Shown here piece after piece: positions 1 through 9,166 of a stretch of 64,000 nt of DNA. Origin of the DNA: Giardia intestinalis (Eukaryota). The stretch lies in assembly GCA_000002435.2 (NCBI GenBank), contig CM018792.1. One strand, given 5' to 3'. The stretch's first letter is position 1; each line of letters starts with the position of its first letter. A program made the position numbers and the translations under genes. The notes below the pieces were generated by a model. It searched no databases. It was not told the origin of the DNA and saw only the letters and a list, made by a program, of their open reading frames with translations.

Positions 1-1
1 T

Positions 2-211
2 CCACAGTATGTAACTCCACCTGTGAGCCACCAATCTACATATCCCATGTTTCCTTACTATAACGCTGCACCCCAGCAACAAGTACCGATCTCAAACGAG
101 ACAGCTGCGCTCATATCGACTGTATCTCATGTGATGGGCACGACATCTGTACGACCAAGCGTGCGTGACACGATTAAGGGTATCATGACGAATTACGGTC
201 TACAAAACTAA
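2..211 (+). CDS. 3' end of an upstream gene (partial CDS, C-terminal 69 codons, stop TAA 209-211); product unknown
   Basis: Open frame runs from the window edge to TAA at 209-211. The ORF track lists only 23-211. No recognisable motif. Confidence 0.35.
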   Translation, partial: PQYVTPPVSHQSTYPMFPYYNAAPQQQVPISNETAALISTVSHVMGTTSVRPSVRDTIKGIMTNYGLQN

Positions 212-280
212 GAACGTTGACATGAAAATCGAACATTACACGGAAGCTAGTCTAATAAGCCATAGGAACGGTATAAATCT

Positions 281-2650
281 TTAGTCCCACTTCACATCGT
301 CCATTGCAGCCCACAGATACGTAACAGAGTTATTTGAACTCTTAAGGTGTTTCTTCATATCGGTTATCACTGCAATCATTGGAATGTCGTATAGTAGCTC
401 ATACATATTTCCTCTGTCATCAGATAAGATGGCGTGTACATCACTACTAAATACAATCTGTCTTATCCTTCCATTAAAATCTAGCGAACAGTGCACTGAC
501 CCTGTACCAAATTCATAAATGGTAAGTGTAGACGCATTGTGCTTATGAAAAACTGTGGACACCAAGAAATAGGCACCCACTGGGTCAAAGTAGATAGTGT
601 GCTCGCCTTCGTCAAAGATCTTATGCGCAGATACAGACACTAACTTGCAATCCGGTAGAGTATAAAGCCCAACACCAACATCATGCACTATTACGGTATA
701 CATCGATGAAGGATGAACAGCAGCACACGAGAGGGTCATGGATGCCAAGGAGTACACTCCACATATACGAATATATGGTGGCTCTGCAGTTGTAGCGAGG
801 ACAGAAACGGACTTCTGGTAACGGGTAGAAAGCAAGAGATAGTCACCATATGCCACACCTCTGTCGCATGCCAAAAAAGAAGTCAATGCGTTGAATGTGC
901 ACTTTCTTGAGAAAAGGCTGTAAGCGGCCAGACTATCTAAAGCAGGAACAGAGAGCAGATGTAGTTCTTGGTCCGTTAGAAGGCAAATCCAAAGTGGCAT
1001 GTTTTCCTCCTGGTTCATCAGTACTGCATTCTGAGACAGATCCTTTTGAGTAGGCGCAAGAGGGCCAGCAACAAAACATCCAGCTTGGTAGCTGTTGCTA
1101 TCAAACGTAAGGCCCTTTTTACTGCATTTCCTTATATGCTTAAGCCTGAAGTAAGACTCCATAGATCTCGATTCATCCGGACGATGCATTAGTGCTTCTA
1201 AAAGAATTAGATGTGTGTCAGTAACAATAAAGGCGTAGTGTTGGTAGTAGGGATCTATAACAAAATCTAAGCAGGGACCGTGGAAACTTGGTTCAAGAAA
1301 GAAGGATCTGGGCACGTAGACGTGCAGCTTAGGACTAAAAGATGTCTGGAAACTAATAATTCTTAACGTGGTAGTGCCAGTTGTAACAAGACAAAGGTCT
1401 CGAAAGGGAATAATGAAGGCTGGGTGCGTGCAAAGTCCAAGGCAAGGTGCAATGGAACGTGATGCAATATCACCAAGAAATACTGCGCCTATCCTAAAGA
1501 CTACAAACACATTTGGATAGCTATTTATATCCAAGAAAGCAACTGCCAGAATAGCTCCGTTGACACGTGCATGCTGTCGGAGATCTAAGGTGGTGATAAG
1601 AGCAAGAGATGTACAATTATATATAGAAACATATCCTGATACGTGACCCACTACTAAGTAGTTGTTTTCTAGGTGAATGTAGCTGGCCAAAACGGTATCT
1701 CCCGCCAAGTCTTTGCGAGAAAGAATTGACCAATCAGAACCGTATAGGTAGAGCATGTCCTTGCACACACAGAGCACATGGTTTGAAAGCAAAACTCTCA
1801 CATCAAGGACTGTGCGCCCCCGGGTACCAGGTAATTGTCTGGAGGATGCCGATAATGTTTTATCACTTGTCAATTGTACCATAGAATTAGATTGATCACA
1901 TGGGATGGATGCTGATTGGACTGTTAAATGCTGTCTGTACCTAGCTTTGACAGATCTTAGCTCGAGATCTGTTAATAGAGGTAAATCCGTCCGCTCTACG
2001 TGCTCAGTGAATTGCGGAAAGACATCGCGCATTGCAATCCTACTTTGAGCAGCGCTTGAGGCGTGATTGAAAGGGCTTCGGGTAGTCCATATGTGAACAT
2101 AGTTGTCAATCTCCTGATCTTCTTGGACTTGTACTACCAAAAAATAGCTATATAACGTATCAGTCTGCACCACTCCTGCTGAAATAATAGTGCCCAGAGT
2201 CATTTGAGGGGCTAGTGGAAGGTCGTGAAACAGAGAAAGGATATTTTCTGAAAGCTTGTAGCTCCGAGCGAAATGCATCCCTATAATAAGCAGTATATCT
2301 CCACAAGCCCATAAGAGTGCAGTGTTCTTAACGGATATCTCCGCTAGCTTGGTATGAGTGTTCAAGTTCCAGCAAAAAATGGAACTTTCGTCAGCCGAAT
2401 AGATACGTCCAGATCCCGCAGCAATACATATAACGGATGAAGCATGTTCGCAAAGAGAGCCAAACACCCCGGTTTTGGAGCACCAGTAAATAACTTCTTT
2501 GCCGACTCGAAAATAGACCCGTCCTGCTTCTGCAACTGGAGATAGACGGGGTACGGATATGTCTGTCTCTGCATAGATTTCTGCATTGTGCATGTGCAGG
2601 TCTATTGGGAAAAGCGTGGGCACCGCGGGACCCACGCAACCTATCTGCAT
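281..2650 (-). CDS. hypothetical protein, ~790 aa, possibly beta-propeller-like; no recognisable catalytic motif
   Basis: ORF track gives 281..2779, but the first codon at 2777-2779 is TTG on the coding strand. The first in-frame ATG is at 2648-2650 (next at 2591-2593). Stop at 281-283. Long uninterrupted ORF, hydrophobic/aromatic-rich repeats. Confidence 0.5.
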   Translation of the reverse strand: MQIGCVGPAVPTLFPIDLHMHNAEIYAETDISVPRLSPVAEAGRVYFRVGKEVIYWCSKTGVFGSLCEHASSVICIAAGSGRIYSADESSIFCWNLNTHTKLAEISVKNTALLWACGDILLIIGMHFARSYKLSENILSLFHDLPLAPQMTLGTIISAGVVQTDTLYSYFLVVQVQEDQEIDNYVHIWTTRSPFNHASSAAQSRIAMRDVFPQFTEHVERTDLPLLTDLELRSVKARYRQHLTVQSASIPCDQSNSMVQLTSDKTLSASSRQLPGTRGRTVLDVRVLLSNHVLCVCKDMLYLYGSDWSILSRKDLAGDTVLASYIHLENNYLVVGHVSGYVSIYNCTSLALITTLDLRQHARVNGAILAVAFLDINSYPNVFVVFRIGAVFLGDIASRSIAPCLGLCTHPAFIIPFRDLCLVTTGTTTLRIISFQTSFSPKLHVYVPRSFFLEPSFHGPCLDFVIDPYYQHYAFIVTDTHLILLEALMHRPDESRSMESYFRLKHIRKCSKKGLTFDSNSYQAGCFVAGPLAPTQKDLSQNAVLMNQEENMPLWICLLTDQELHLLSVPALDSLAAYSLFSRKCTFNALTSFLACDRGVAYGDYLLLSTRYQKSVSVLATTAEPPYIRICGVYSLASMTLSCAAVHPSSMYTVIVHDVGVGLYTLPDCKLVSVSAHKIFDEGEHTIYFDPVGAYFLVSTVFHKHNASTLTIYEFGTGSVHCSLDFNGRIRQIVFSSDVHAILSDDRGNMYELLYDIPMIAVITDMKKHLKSSNNSVTYLWAAMDDVKWD

Positions 2651-2662
2651 GTGATAAAAATT
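2651..2662. promoter_or_regulatory. A/T-rich bidirectional initiator (CAT-gtgataaaaatt-ATG) shared by divergent genes 281-2650(-) and 2663-5956(+)
   Basis: Minus-strand start codon (cat at 2648-2650) and plus-strand ATG at 2663 are separated by 12 bp of gtgataaaaatt. This is the short A/T initiator typical of diplomonad genes. Confidence 0.5.
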
Positions 2663-5600
2663 ATGCGTCCCGCTGCCAATAGTACTGTCTATGATACATT
2701 CTACGATCCCGATTTGGTGATGCCACCACTCAAGAATCCCATGGCGACGACAGCAAAACAGCCCGGCGTTTATCCACAACTTACGTCCCGTGTAGCCACT
2801 CTGAGCACATACTCTGGCGATGCACTTTCTGCCAATCCGCGGCGAAGTTACTCTACCGACAGAAGCATGCAGTCGGCAGAGAACCTCATTGCCTCTCTTT
2901 ACGGGAAGAACAGAGCAGTACCCGAGCCGCGGAAGTTGAATGACAATACTTTTGTTGACACACTCCCGATTAATAAGCCCACAATTTCGACCTCTAACAC
3001 GAACTCAGTGTATGATAAGCTTATTAAAGATCCGGCAAAGCGGCAAACTAAGGCTTTGGCAAAGATCGATAAAGAGTCTCTGATGGATGAGATACAGACA
3101 CTTCGCAAGCAAAAGAACGCGCTTGAGGAGCTCACGCGTAAGCAGCAGACAAGAATTTCCCGCCTCGAGGAGCTTTTGAAGTCTAGAGACAAGGAGTTGC
3201 AGAATTTGACGCGAATGATAGCCACCGGCATTCCAGATCCAACCAAAGTGACGGATATGATGGCACTCAAGCAGAAGGAGACCGCTCCGACAATGGACTA
3301 CGTAAAGGGGCTAAAGCATAAGATGAAGGAATATTACGTTAGAAACCAAGAACTGCTCAGCTTTATCGACAGACTGAAGGACAGTATGAACTTTCAACGC
3401 ATGAGGCAGCTAGAGAAAAACCTCCTAATCTATTACGATAAATATAACCAGCTGCGAGTGAAAAATGGTTCCCTTAATCAACACTGCATCGAGCTTGAAG
3501 AGGAGCTTGGAGTGGTTCATGACAAGATGCTTCAAAGCTTACGAGCGAGCAAGAAGTACCAAGGAATGAGGCTATCTGGAGATGCTCAGGATGCTCGGGA
3601 TGACATTATTGCTAGCGTAAGCTCAAGCAAAGACGGAAAGTACACTGGTCCGAGTGCACATGCTTCTCTCATTAGTGGTTCGAAGCAGCGTGAACCAGCT
3701 GCAGAGCCAGATGGCAAGTTTGTCTCTGATATATTTGATGTTTCCAATGTCATGCCGAATGCCAGTGAATCAGGGAAGGCCATCCAGGATCAACTGAACA
3801 AACACTCCATGGCGCTTCAGACCTCGATGATTGCAAATCAGAAGAAGCCTGCCGAACGGGGCCACAGCAAGACGAAGAATGCGAACGAGAAAAACGACCC
3901 TATAGCAGAGCTTGCTGCACGGTTCTATGAGAGCAGGCTGGAGCGTGAACGTAAGCGCTTGGAGTGCTCCTTTATTCCTGATGTCCCTGCTCCCCTTGAA
4001 CAGGTGGAATATAAGCTTATTGAGGATGAGTTTGAAGAGTTTCTGAAGAACTATCGAATTGATAAGACTAGCGACCTTCTTGAAACACAAGGGAATCAGC
4101 AATCCGCGCCGAACCTAGGGAAGCCTACAGGAAACCAGGGAGGAGCTATGGTTCTTAGTAGGGATGCTGGTGCTAAGCAGGCCCAAACAAAGCCCGAAAA
4201 GCTTGCGCGCCGCTTGGTTACGGAGATAAAGCGCTCAGAAGTGGCCTCTGCAGTTTCGGCACAGGCTTCTAACTCACACGAGTCTACAAGTAAGACGTCT
4301 CCTAATGCTATGAAGCGGGAAGAAAACCCTTACTTTGTGCAGAGACGGCCATCTAAGGATACCTGTAGCGAGAAGCCAACCTCGGTATCTGGCAATAGGC
4401 CATATGAAGACACCGACAACGGCTCGACTATATGCGATTGGAACTCGTTTGTCGAACCAGAAATGGTTAGCCGCGTTGGTGTGACAATGACAGAAGTAAC
4501 ATCTGCTGGTGGTCCACGACCGCGGCCAAAGACTCCCTTAAGTGACACATCTGGGCTAGGAGGTGATTCAAAACCATCCAAAAATCCTAATAGCTTTTAT
4601 CCCAATCTGCCGTCACAAAGTGACAAGTCGGCACCTGCTCAATCAGTGCCAGAGGAGGATTCTGGTGTCAAGAATAAGAAACCAGCTGAACAGCTGTCTA
4701 ATTCCGATACTGACTTGCGTAATGAAAACGATCAGAAAAGCACAGATAGAACTGAGGAAGAACCAGCCCAAGAGCAACAGAAGACTATCTCATTTGATCC
4801 TCTCTTTGATCGCTCCCCCGATGAAGCTAAAACGATTAGCGATGCCGTTCCCCCTCCTGAGATAGCGTCTCTTAAGTCAAGTCCTCACGCAACAGATCAG
4901 ACGCAGGATCCTATTATTGTGCAAAGTGTGACGCCAAGAGAGCTCATTGACGAAGCACCAGCTGATGTGCCATCTCAGGCTTCAGTGCAAGATGAGGCCC
5001 AGTATCCTGAGGATGACGAGACGTTCTTGGCCAGTACAGCCAAGCACGTCATAATCCATGAAGAGAACGACGGTGTTATTAACGATTCTGTGAATATAAC
5101 GACGATGGATAGCAAGCCAACAGATACAAAGACTGAGGATATAAGCCTTGGAAATGCCACGTTTGACAGTGGGGTAGAAGAAAACTCGATTCTCACTAGG
5201 TTCCCTCTTACTAATGTGGCTCACGCCAAGCAGGACAACTGCTCTTTGCTTTCACAATCACATATTGACAAGGATGAGCAAAACTCTAACTTGCCGGACT
5301 TGTCCGGGAATCAGACACACGAGTCAAAGACTACGATTAAGGATTACTCTTCTCTAGTTTTAGATTCGCATATGTTCGACGATCCCAAGGCCGTGCAGGA
5401 GCCTTCTGGAGAGGGCACAAAAGACTATTCTTCCCTTCAATTGTATAGTGGGATGTTCGATGGCGGAAACCAGAAGAGCGTTACCGGACCAGACAGTGTC
5501 CGCGATTACTCCTCTCTACAACTTCACAGTGCCATGTTTGACGAGCCCCCTGCATCAAAGTCACACCCGCTCCAAAACAGTGGTGATTATTCATCTCTCC

Positions 5601-5956
5601 AACTATATAGTGGAATGTTCGACGCGCCAGACGAGGAGCCGGAGAAGCCGGTTCCACCCCCGCCACTCAAGGAACCTCACTATCCAGCCAATCCAAAGAT
5701 CAGGATCATCGAAAGCTCCGGTACAGAATCTACTGCGTTTACAATAGAGGGAACAGAACCATCCGCTTTTAAGGCCTACTCCCAAAGTACAACGGCTATG
5801 GAACCTTCAGCGCCGCGACAGGCCAATCCCTTCCAGAAGCTTCAGTTAGAAGATCAGGAAATCGCATTTAGCCACAATAATCCTATTGCTGAAGAGTCCA
5901 GTAGTATGAATAGCAGCGCATCCCACCCAAATCCACGTGATGGAGGGGAAGACTAG
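2663..5956 (+). CDS. large coiled-coil/low-complexity protein (~1097 aa) with a C-terminal 4 x 27-aa DYSSLQLYSGMFD repeat module
   Basis: ORF track 2588..5956 starts at GTG. The first ATG is at 2663, preceded by gataaaaatt. Heptad-like, K/E/Q-rich N-terminal half (..LMDEIQTLRKQKNALEELTRKQQTRISRLEELLKSRDKELQNL..). Stop TAG 5954-5956. Confidence 0.6.
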   Translation: MRPAANSTVYDTFYDPDLVMPPLKNPMATTAKQPGVYPQLTSRVATLSTYSGDALSANPRRSYSTDRSMQSAENLIASLYGKNRAVPEPRKLNDNTFVDTLPINKPTISTSNTNSVYDKLIKDPAKRQTKALAKIDKESLMDEIQTLRKQKNALEELTRKQQTRISRLEELLKSRDKELQNLTRMIATGIPDPTKVTDMMALKQKETAPTMDYVKGLKHKMKEYYVRNQELLSFIDRLKDSMNFQRMRQLEKNLLIYYDKYNQLRVKNGSLNQHCIELEEELGVVHDKMLQSLRASKKYQGMRLSGDAQDARDDIIASVSSSKDGKYTGPSAHASLISGSKQREPAAEPDGKFVSDIFDVSNVMPNASESGKAIQDQLNKHSMALQTSMIANQKKPAERGHSKTKNANEKNDPIAELAARFYESRLERERKRLECSFIPDVPAPLEQVEYKLIEDEFEEFLKNYRIDKTSDLLETQGNQQSAPNLGKPTGNQGGAMVLSRDAGAKQAQTKPEKLARRLVTEIKRSEVASAVSAQASNSHESTSKTSPNAMKREENPYFVQRRPSKDTCSEKPTSVSGNRPYEDTDNGSTICDWNSFVEPEMVSRVGVTMTEVTSAGGPRPRPKTPLSDTSGLGGDSKPSKNPNSFYPNLPSQSDKSAPAQSVPEEDSGVKNKKPAEQLSNSDTDLRNENDQKSTDRTEEEPAQEQQKTISFDPLFDRSPDEAKTISDAVPPPEIASLKSSPHATDQTQDPIIVQSVTPRELIDEAPADVPSQASVQDEAQYPEDDETFLASTAKHVIIHEENDGVINDSVNITTMDSKPTDTKTEDISLGNATFDSGVEENSILTRFPLTNVAHAKQDNCSLLSQSHIDKDEQNSNLPDLSGNQTHESKTTIKDYSSLVLDSHMFDDPKAVQEPSGEGTKDYSSLQLYSGMFDGGNQKSVTGPDSVRDYSSLQLHSAMFDEPPASKSHPLQNSGDYSSLQLYSGMFDAPDEEPEKPVPPPPLKEPHYPANPKIRIIESSGTESTAFTIEGTEPSAFKAYSQSTTAMEPSAPRQANPFQKLQLEDQEIAFSHNNPIAEESSSMNSSASHPNPRDGGED
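5342..5623 (+). repeat. in-frame tandem repeat, 4 copies of an 81-nt (27-aa) unit; core motif DYSSL(Q/V)L(Y/H/D)S(G/A/H)MFD
   Basis: Motif codons begin at 5342, 5423, 5504 and 5585, an exact 81-nt period. Copies differ mostly at synonymous/linker positions, so the motif is conserved at protein level. Confidence 0.8.
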
Positions 5957-5973
5957 CAACACCTGCCCTATAA

Positions 5974-7728
5974 CTAGTCTGCTTCCGGATGCTTCTCTGC
6001 CCACTCCTTCACAAAGTCTATCACCGCTTTATGTCCGCCTCTTTCGGCGTAGTAAATGCAAGTTTTTCCGTTTGAGTCCTTCATGTGGAACTCTTTTTCG
6101 ACGAGCCTCTTGACTGCATAGAAGCGGCCTGCAAAACAAGCGCTCATGAGGGCGGTTCTCCCGTCCTTCATTGCCATTCCCGCTTCGTAAGGAACCAAAA
6201 GGTCTACCAGAGTATCAGAGCCGCTCATAATCGCGAAGATAAGGGCAGTGGACCCGTCCTTTTTGGCCAAGCCCTTTTCGTGCATAAGAAGCATGGACGC
6301 AGCAGTGACTTTCCCACCGTTACAGGCTCTCATAAGCGCCGTGCCTCCGGGATTGTCCTGCATCCCGCCCTCGACTGAAAGAAGAAGCCTGATAGACGTG
6401 GCATCATCCATGTCAGCTGCGTACATTAAGGCCGTTTTACCCAAATTATTACCGATTCCAGCGTCAAGGGGAAGAAGTCTTTTGATCAGCTCGTAATCAC
6501 GAACTTTCACGGCCAAAATAAGTGCCGTTTCTCCCTTGTCTGTGACCGCACGACCATTTTTGGAATAACGAAGAGAGGCTATCATCTCGAGACGCCCTTT
6601 AGCAAGCTCAGTAACTGAGCCAATATTCTTCTCCGCTTCAAGCAAGAGCTCGTTCTGCTGATCCAGTTGCTTGTTAAGGGCGTCAATCTGAGCTTCGTAC
6701 GACGCTTTGTTAGCACTCATGGGACTTAAGGGAGCAGCAGGCTGTATGTTCTTGGTTGTCTCTGTAATCTTTGCTGCAAGTTCACTGGGGTTCATCGGCT
6801 TCTTAGTCACCACCGCTTTCGCAGGCTCCTCCGTTGCATCGCCAGTTTCCAGATTGTCCAGATTAGTGACCTCATTAACATCCTGATCGGGGAACATGTT
6901 GGCAAATCTGGGCAGATCGAGTAAATCTGCAGCGGATGGCCTGTCTTCAGGATTTAGACGCATCATCATGCCTATTGTATCTACGAATTCTTTGCTATAA
7001 TGCTTAGGTAAAGGTGCTCTACGTTCTGCAAGCACTAGCTTTTCTAGCTCCGGACGCGTCTTAGCAAGATACGGAACTAGCTTTGACGCCAAAAAGTGCA
7101 TAACACCCCCCAGACTCCAAATATCACATTTCTCATCATACGTTTTTCCCTGGAAGACCTCTGGCGCCATGTACATCGGAGATCCAACAAGGGTCATTGC
7201 TGAGTTATCAAAATCAATTTCACGTGCAAAGCCGAAATCGCAGAGTTTTATAACACCTTCATCTGTTAACATAATGTTTGCAGGCTTGAGGTCCCTATGC
7301 ACGACCTTTTTGCCGACAGCGAAACCCGGCTTTGCAGGCGAGTGGCAGTACTTGAGGGCACATAGAATTTGGCCCATGATACTCCAGAGTCTATCCTCCG
7401 GAATATATTCGCCCTTCTCTAACTTCTGGACATATGCATGCAAGTCTCCCCCGGAGCAGAACTCGGAGAACATGCGTATCTCCATAGCATCTTCGTCATG
7501 CGTTGCAGAAACACAGCGAACTATATTTGGGTGAGCAAGCATGCGGTGTATTTTCATCTCCTGAACCAAGAGCTGGCGTGTCTTCCCCTCGGGATTCGTA
7601 TAGGTCATCACTTTAACGGCGAAAATTTGCCCCGTAGCCTGATGCTGGACCTTGTAACACTTTCCATAAGCGCCCTGCCCTATAAGGGCCAGCGTGTTAT
7701 AGCCTGTTTGGCTAAATAGGTGTGCCAT
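5974..7728 (-). CDS. serine/threonine protein kinase of NEK type with C-terminal ankyrin repeats
   Basis: ATG verified (cat at 7726-7728). N-terminal kinase domain has a Gly-loop IGQGAYGKCYKV, AVKVM, HRDLKPANIML, DFGFAR and APE, so all catalytic residues are present. C-terminal half carries about 6 ankyrin repeats (GETALILAV.., GKTALMYAA.., GGTALMRAC.., GSTALIFAI.., GRTALMSAC..). This architecture is the expanded Giardia NEK family. Confidence 0.8.
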   Translation of the reverse strand: MAHLFSQTGYNTLALIGQGAYGKCYKVQHQATGQIFAVKVMTYTNPEGKTRQLLVQEMKIHRMLAHPNIVRCVSATHDEDAMEIRMFSEFCSGGDLHAYVQKLEKGEYIPEDRLWSIMGQILCALKYCHSPAKPGFAVGKKVVHRDLKPANIMLTDEGVIKLCDFGFAREIDFDNSAMTLVGSPMYMAPEVFQGKTYDEKCDIWSLGGVMHFLASKLVPYLAKTRPELEKLVLAERRAPLPKHYSKEFVDTIGMMMRLNPEDRPSAADLLDLPRFANMFPDQDVNEVTNLDNLETGDATEEPAKAVVTKKPMNPSELAAKITETTKNIQPAAPLSPMSANKASYEAQIDALNKQLDQQNELLLEAEKNIGSVTELAKGRLEMIASLRYSKNGRAVTDKGETALILAVKVRDYELIKRLLPLDAGIGNNLGKTALMYAADMDDATSIRLLLSVEGGMQDNPGGTALMRACNGGKVTAASMLLMHEKGLAKKDGSTALIFAIMSGSDTLVDLLVPYEAGMAMKDGRTALMSACFAGRFYAVKRLVEKEFHMKDSNGKTCIYYAERGGHKAVIDFVKEWAEKHPEAD

Positions 7729-7751
7729 TTCGGTTCACAATTTTTTAAAAT
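7729..7751. promoter_or_regulatory. 23-bp spacer between two same-strand kinase genes, holding an A/T-rich initiator for the downstream gene and a poly(A)-signal-like TGTGAAC for the upstream one
   Basis: Minus-strand reading: TGA(stop of 7752-8807)-TATGTGAATTTTAAAAAATTGTGAACCGAA-ATG(start of 5974-7728). Confidence 0.45.
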
Positions 7752-8807
7752 TCACATATCATTAGATCCTATTTTCTCATCGAAGGGACCATACATTACG
7801 CGCTGGAGGGGCGGGAGGTTGCGCTCGTAGCGATCTCGGTCCAGAATATTACAGGACTTATTACAATTAGCAAGGAAAGGGTCTTGAAGAGCATCTGCAG
7901 CTGTTATGCGGGCTTCAGGACTATATTGGAGAAACTTAGCGATAAACTGCTTTTCCTCGGGCCGTACTCCATGCCTTTCAAAAAGAGTATGCATATACGG
8001 CTGAGTAGGAGGGCTGTAGTCCTTGCCGCATAGATTGATGAACGACCCATGCCAATCCGTGACACCTGGGTCTGTATCATTGGGCAACCGGCCTAGAAGG
8101 TCGGCTATCTTTGCGGGTATTCTGGACTCTTCTGCTTGAATCACTGCCGTTTGGATTATCATTTCAAAGAATGTCAGCCCAATGCTCCACATGTCAGAGC
8201 TCTGTCCCACTTCGAGGGTGCTTCCAAAGACCTCTGGGGGCCTATAAATGGGGGTCCACCGAAAACCAGGTCCAGTGTATACTATTGATGGGCCACGGAA
8301 TCGGCCAGTGATCAGTGACAGTCCAAAATCCGTTATCTTAAAGACGGAAGATCCATTGTTGTCCTTTATAAGAATATTGTCTGGCTTTAGATCAAAGTGA
8401 CTTATGTGGTTACGATGAAGATATTCTAATCCCAGCAGGATTTGGTAGTAGGCAGTGCGTCTGTCTTCAGCAGTTAGGCTATGTCCTGAGTTAAGAATAG
8501 ATTTTAAACTGGTGTTACAGAGCTCTAGGGCGAAACAGAGACGTGCGCCGTGGAAAAAGATAGACTTGCAACTAAGAATGTTTGGGTGAGACAGCTCTCG
8601 GAAAGCCAGAATTTCCATGAATTTGTCTCCTGTAAGACCCATTTTGCTCTCTTTGCCCTCCTTAATGCGCTTTATTGCATACCATGTCTTCGTTTGTTTA
8701 TGTTGGCAGCGATAGACGTCTCCGTATGTTCCGCTCCCTATGAGAGTAACCAGATCGGTGTACTCTTTTGCGCCACTTTCGTCGGGCCGCAAGTCTGGAA
8801 AAATCAT
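7752..8807 (-). CDS. CMGC/CDK-like serine/threonine kinase with a divergent catalytic loop (HFD instead of HRD)
   Basis: ATG verified (cat 8805-8807). Motifs: GSGTYGDVYRC, AIKRIK, HFDLKPDNILI, DFGLS, a WTPIYRPPEV activation segment, and a C-terminal ...PEARITAADALQDPFL typical of CDK/CMGC C-lobes. No ankyrin tail. Confidence 0.7.
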   Translation of the reverse strand: MIFPDLRPDESGAKEYTDLVTLIGSGTYGDVYRCQHKQTKTWYAIKRIKEGKESKMGLTGDKFMEILAFRELSHPNILSCKSIFFHGARLCFALELCNTSLKSILNSGHSLTAEDRRTAYYQILLGLEYLHRNHISHFDLKPDNILIKDNNGSSVFKITDFGLSLITGRFRGPSIVYTGPGFRWTPIYRPPEVFGSTLEVGQSSDMWSIGLTFFEMIIQTAVIQAEESRIPAKIADLLGRLPNDTDPGVTDWHGSFINLCGKDYSPPTQPYMHTLFERHGVRPEEKQFIAKFLQYSPEARITAADALQDPFLANCNKSCNILDRDRYERNLPPLQRVMYGPFDEKIGSNDM

Positions 8808-9166
8808 AGAGAGCTTTTTGGTTTAGGGGATGTGCCTTTACTCTGTCTCGACGAGCCAATCCTGCTAGTCACGGTCGAGCAGGCCATATCTTTCATTCGC
8901 CTGCCACCCATCTCCCGTGCAGCGCTGTCCCTCCGGGCACACGACAGGGCGCCTCGTGTGCGACCAGGCCAGCGGGCTTCTCCCAGGGGCAGCCCTCGGA
9001 GTGGGAGTCTCAGAGAGGAGGCCGCCGGGGCACCCCCACCCGCTGCACGCAATCCGGTCCACACCACAGCCTCTCTACTGATACCCCTGTTCGTGGTGAG
9101 CGCGCTTGCAGTAACCTACCAGACCGGCAAGTGCGAGACGGTCGGTAGCACAGAGATCTGCACCCA

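Noticed and set aside
2588-2779. Apparent 190-bp 5' overlap of divergent genes as drawn in the ORF track (also at 20500-20525, 40844-40851, 50211-50290, 45605-45753)
   Set aside because: The listed first codons are GTG/TTG (prokaryote-style alternative starts) or an upstream ATG inside the neighbour. Using the first A/T-preceded ATG removes the overlaps.
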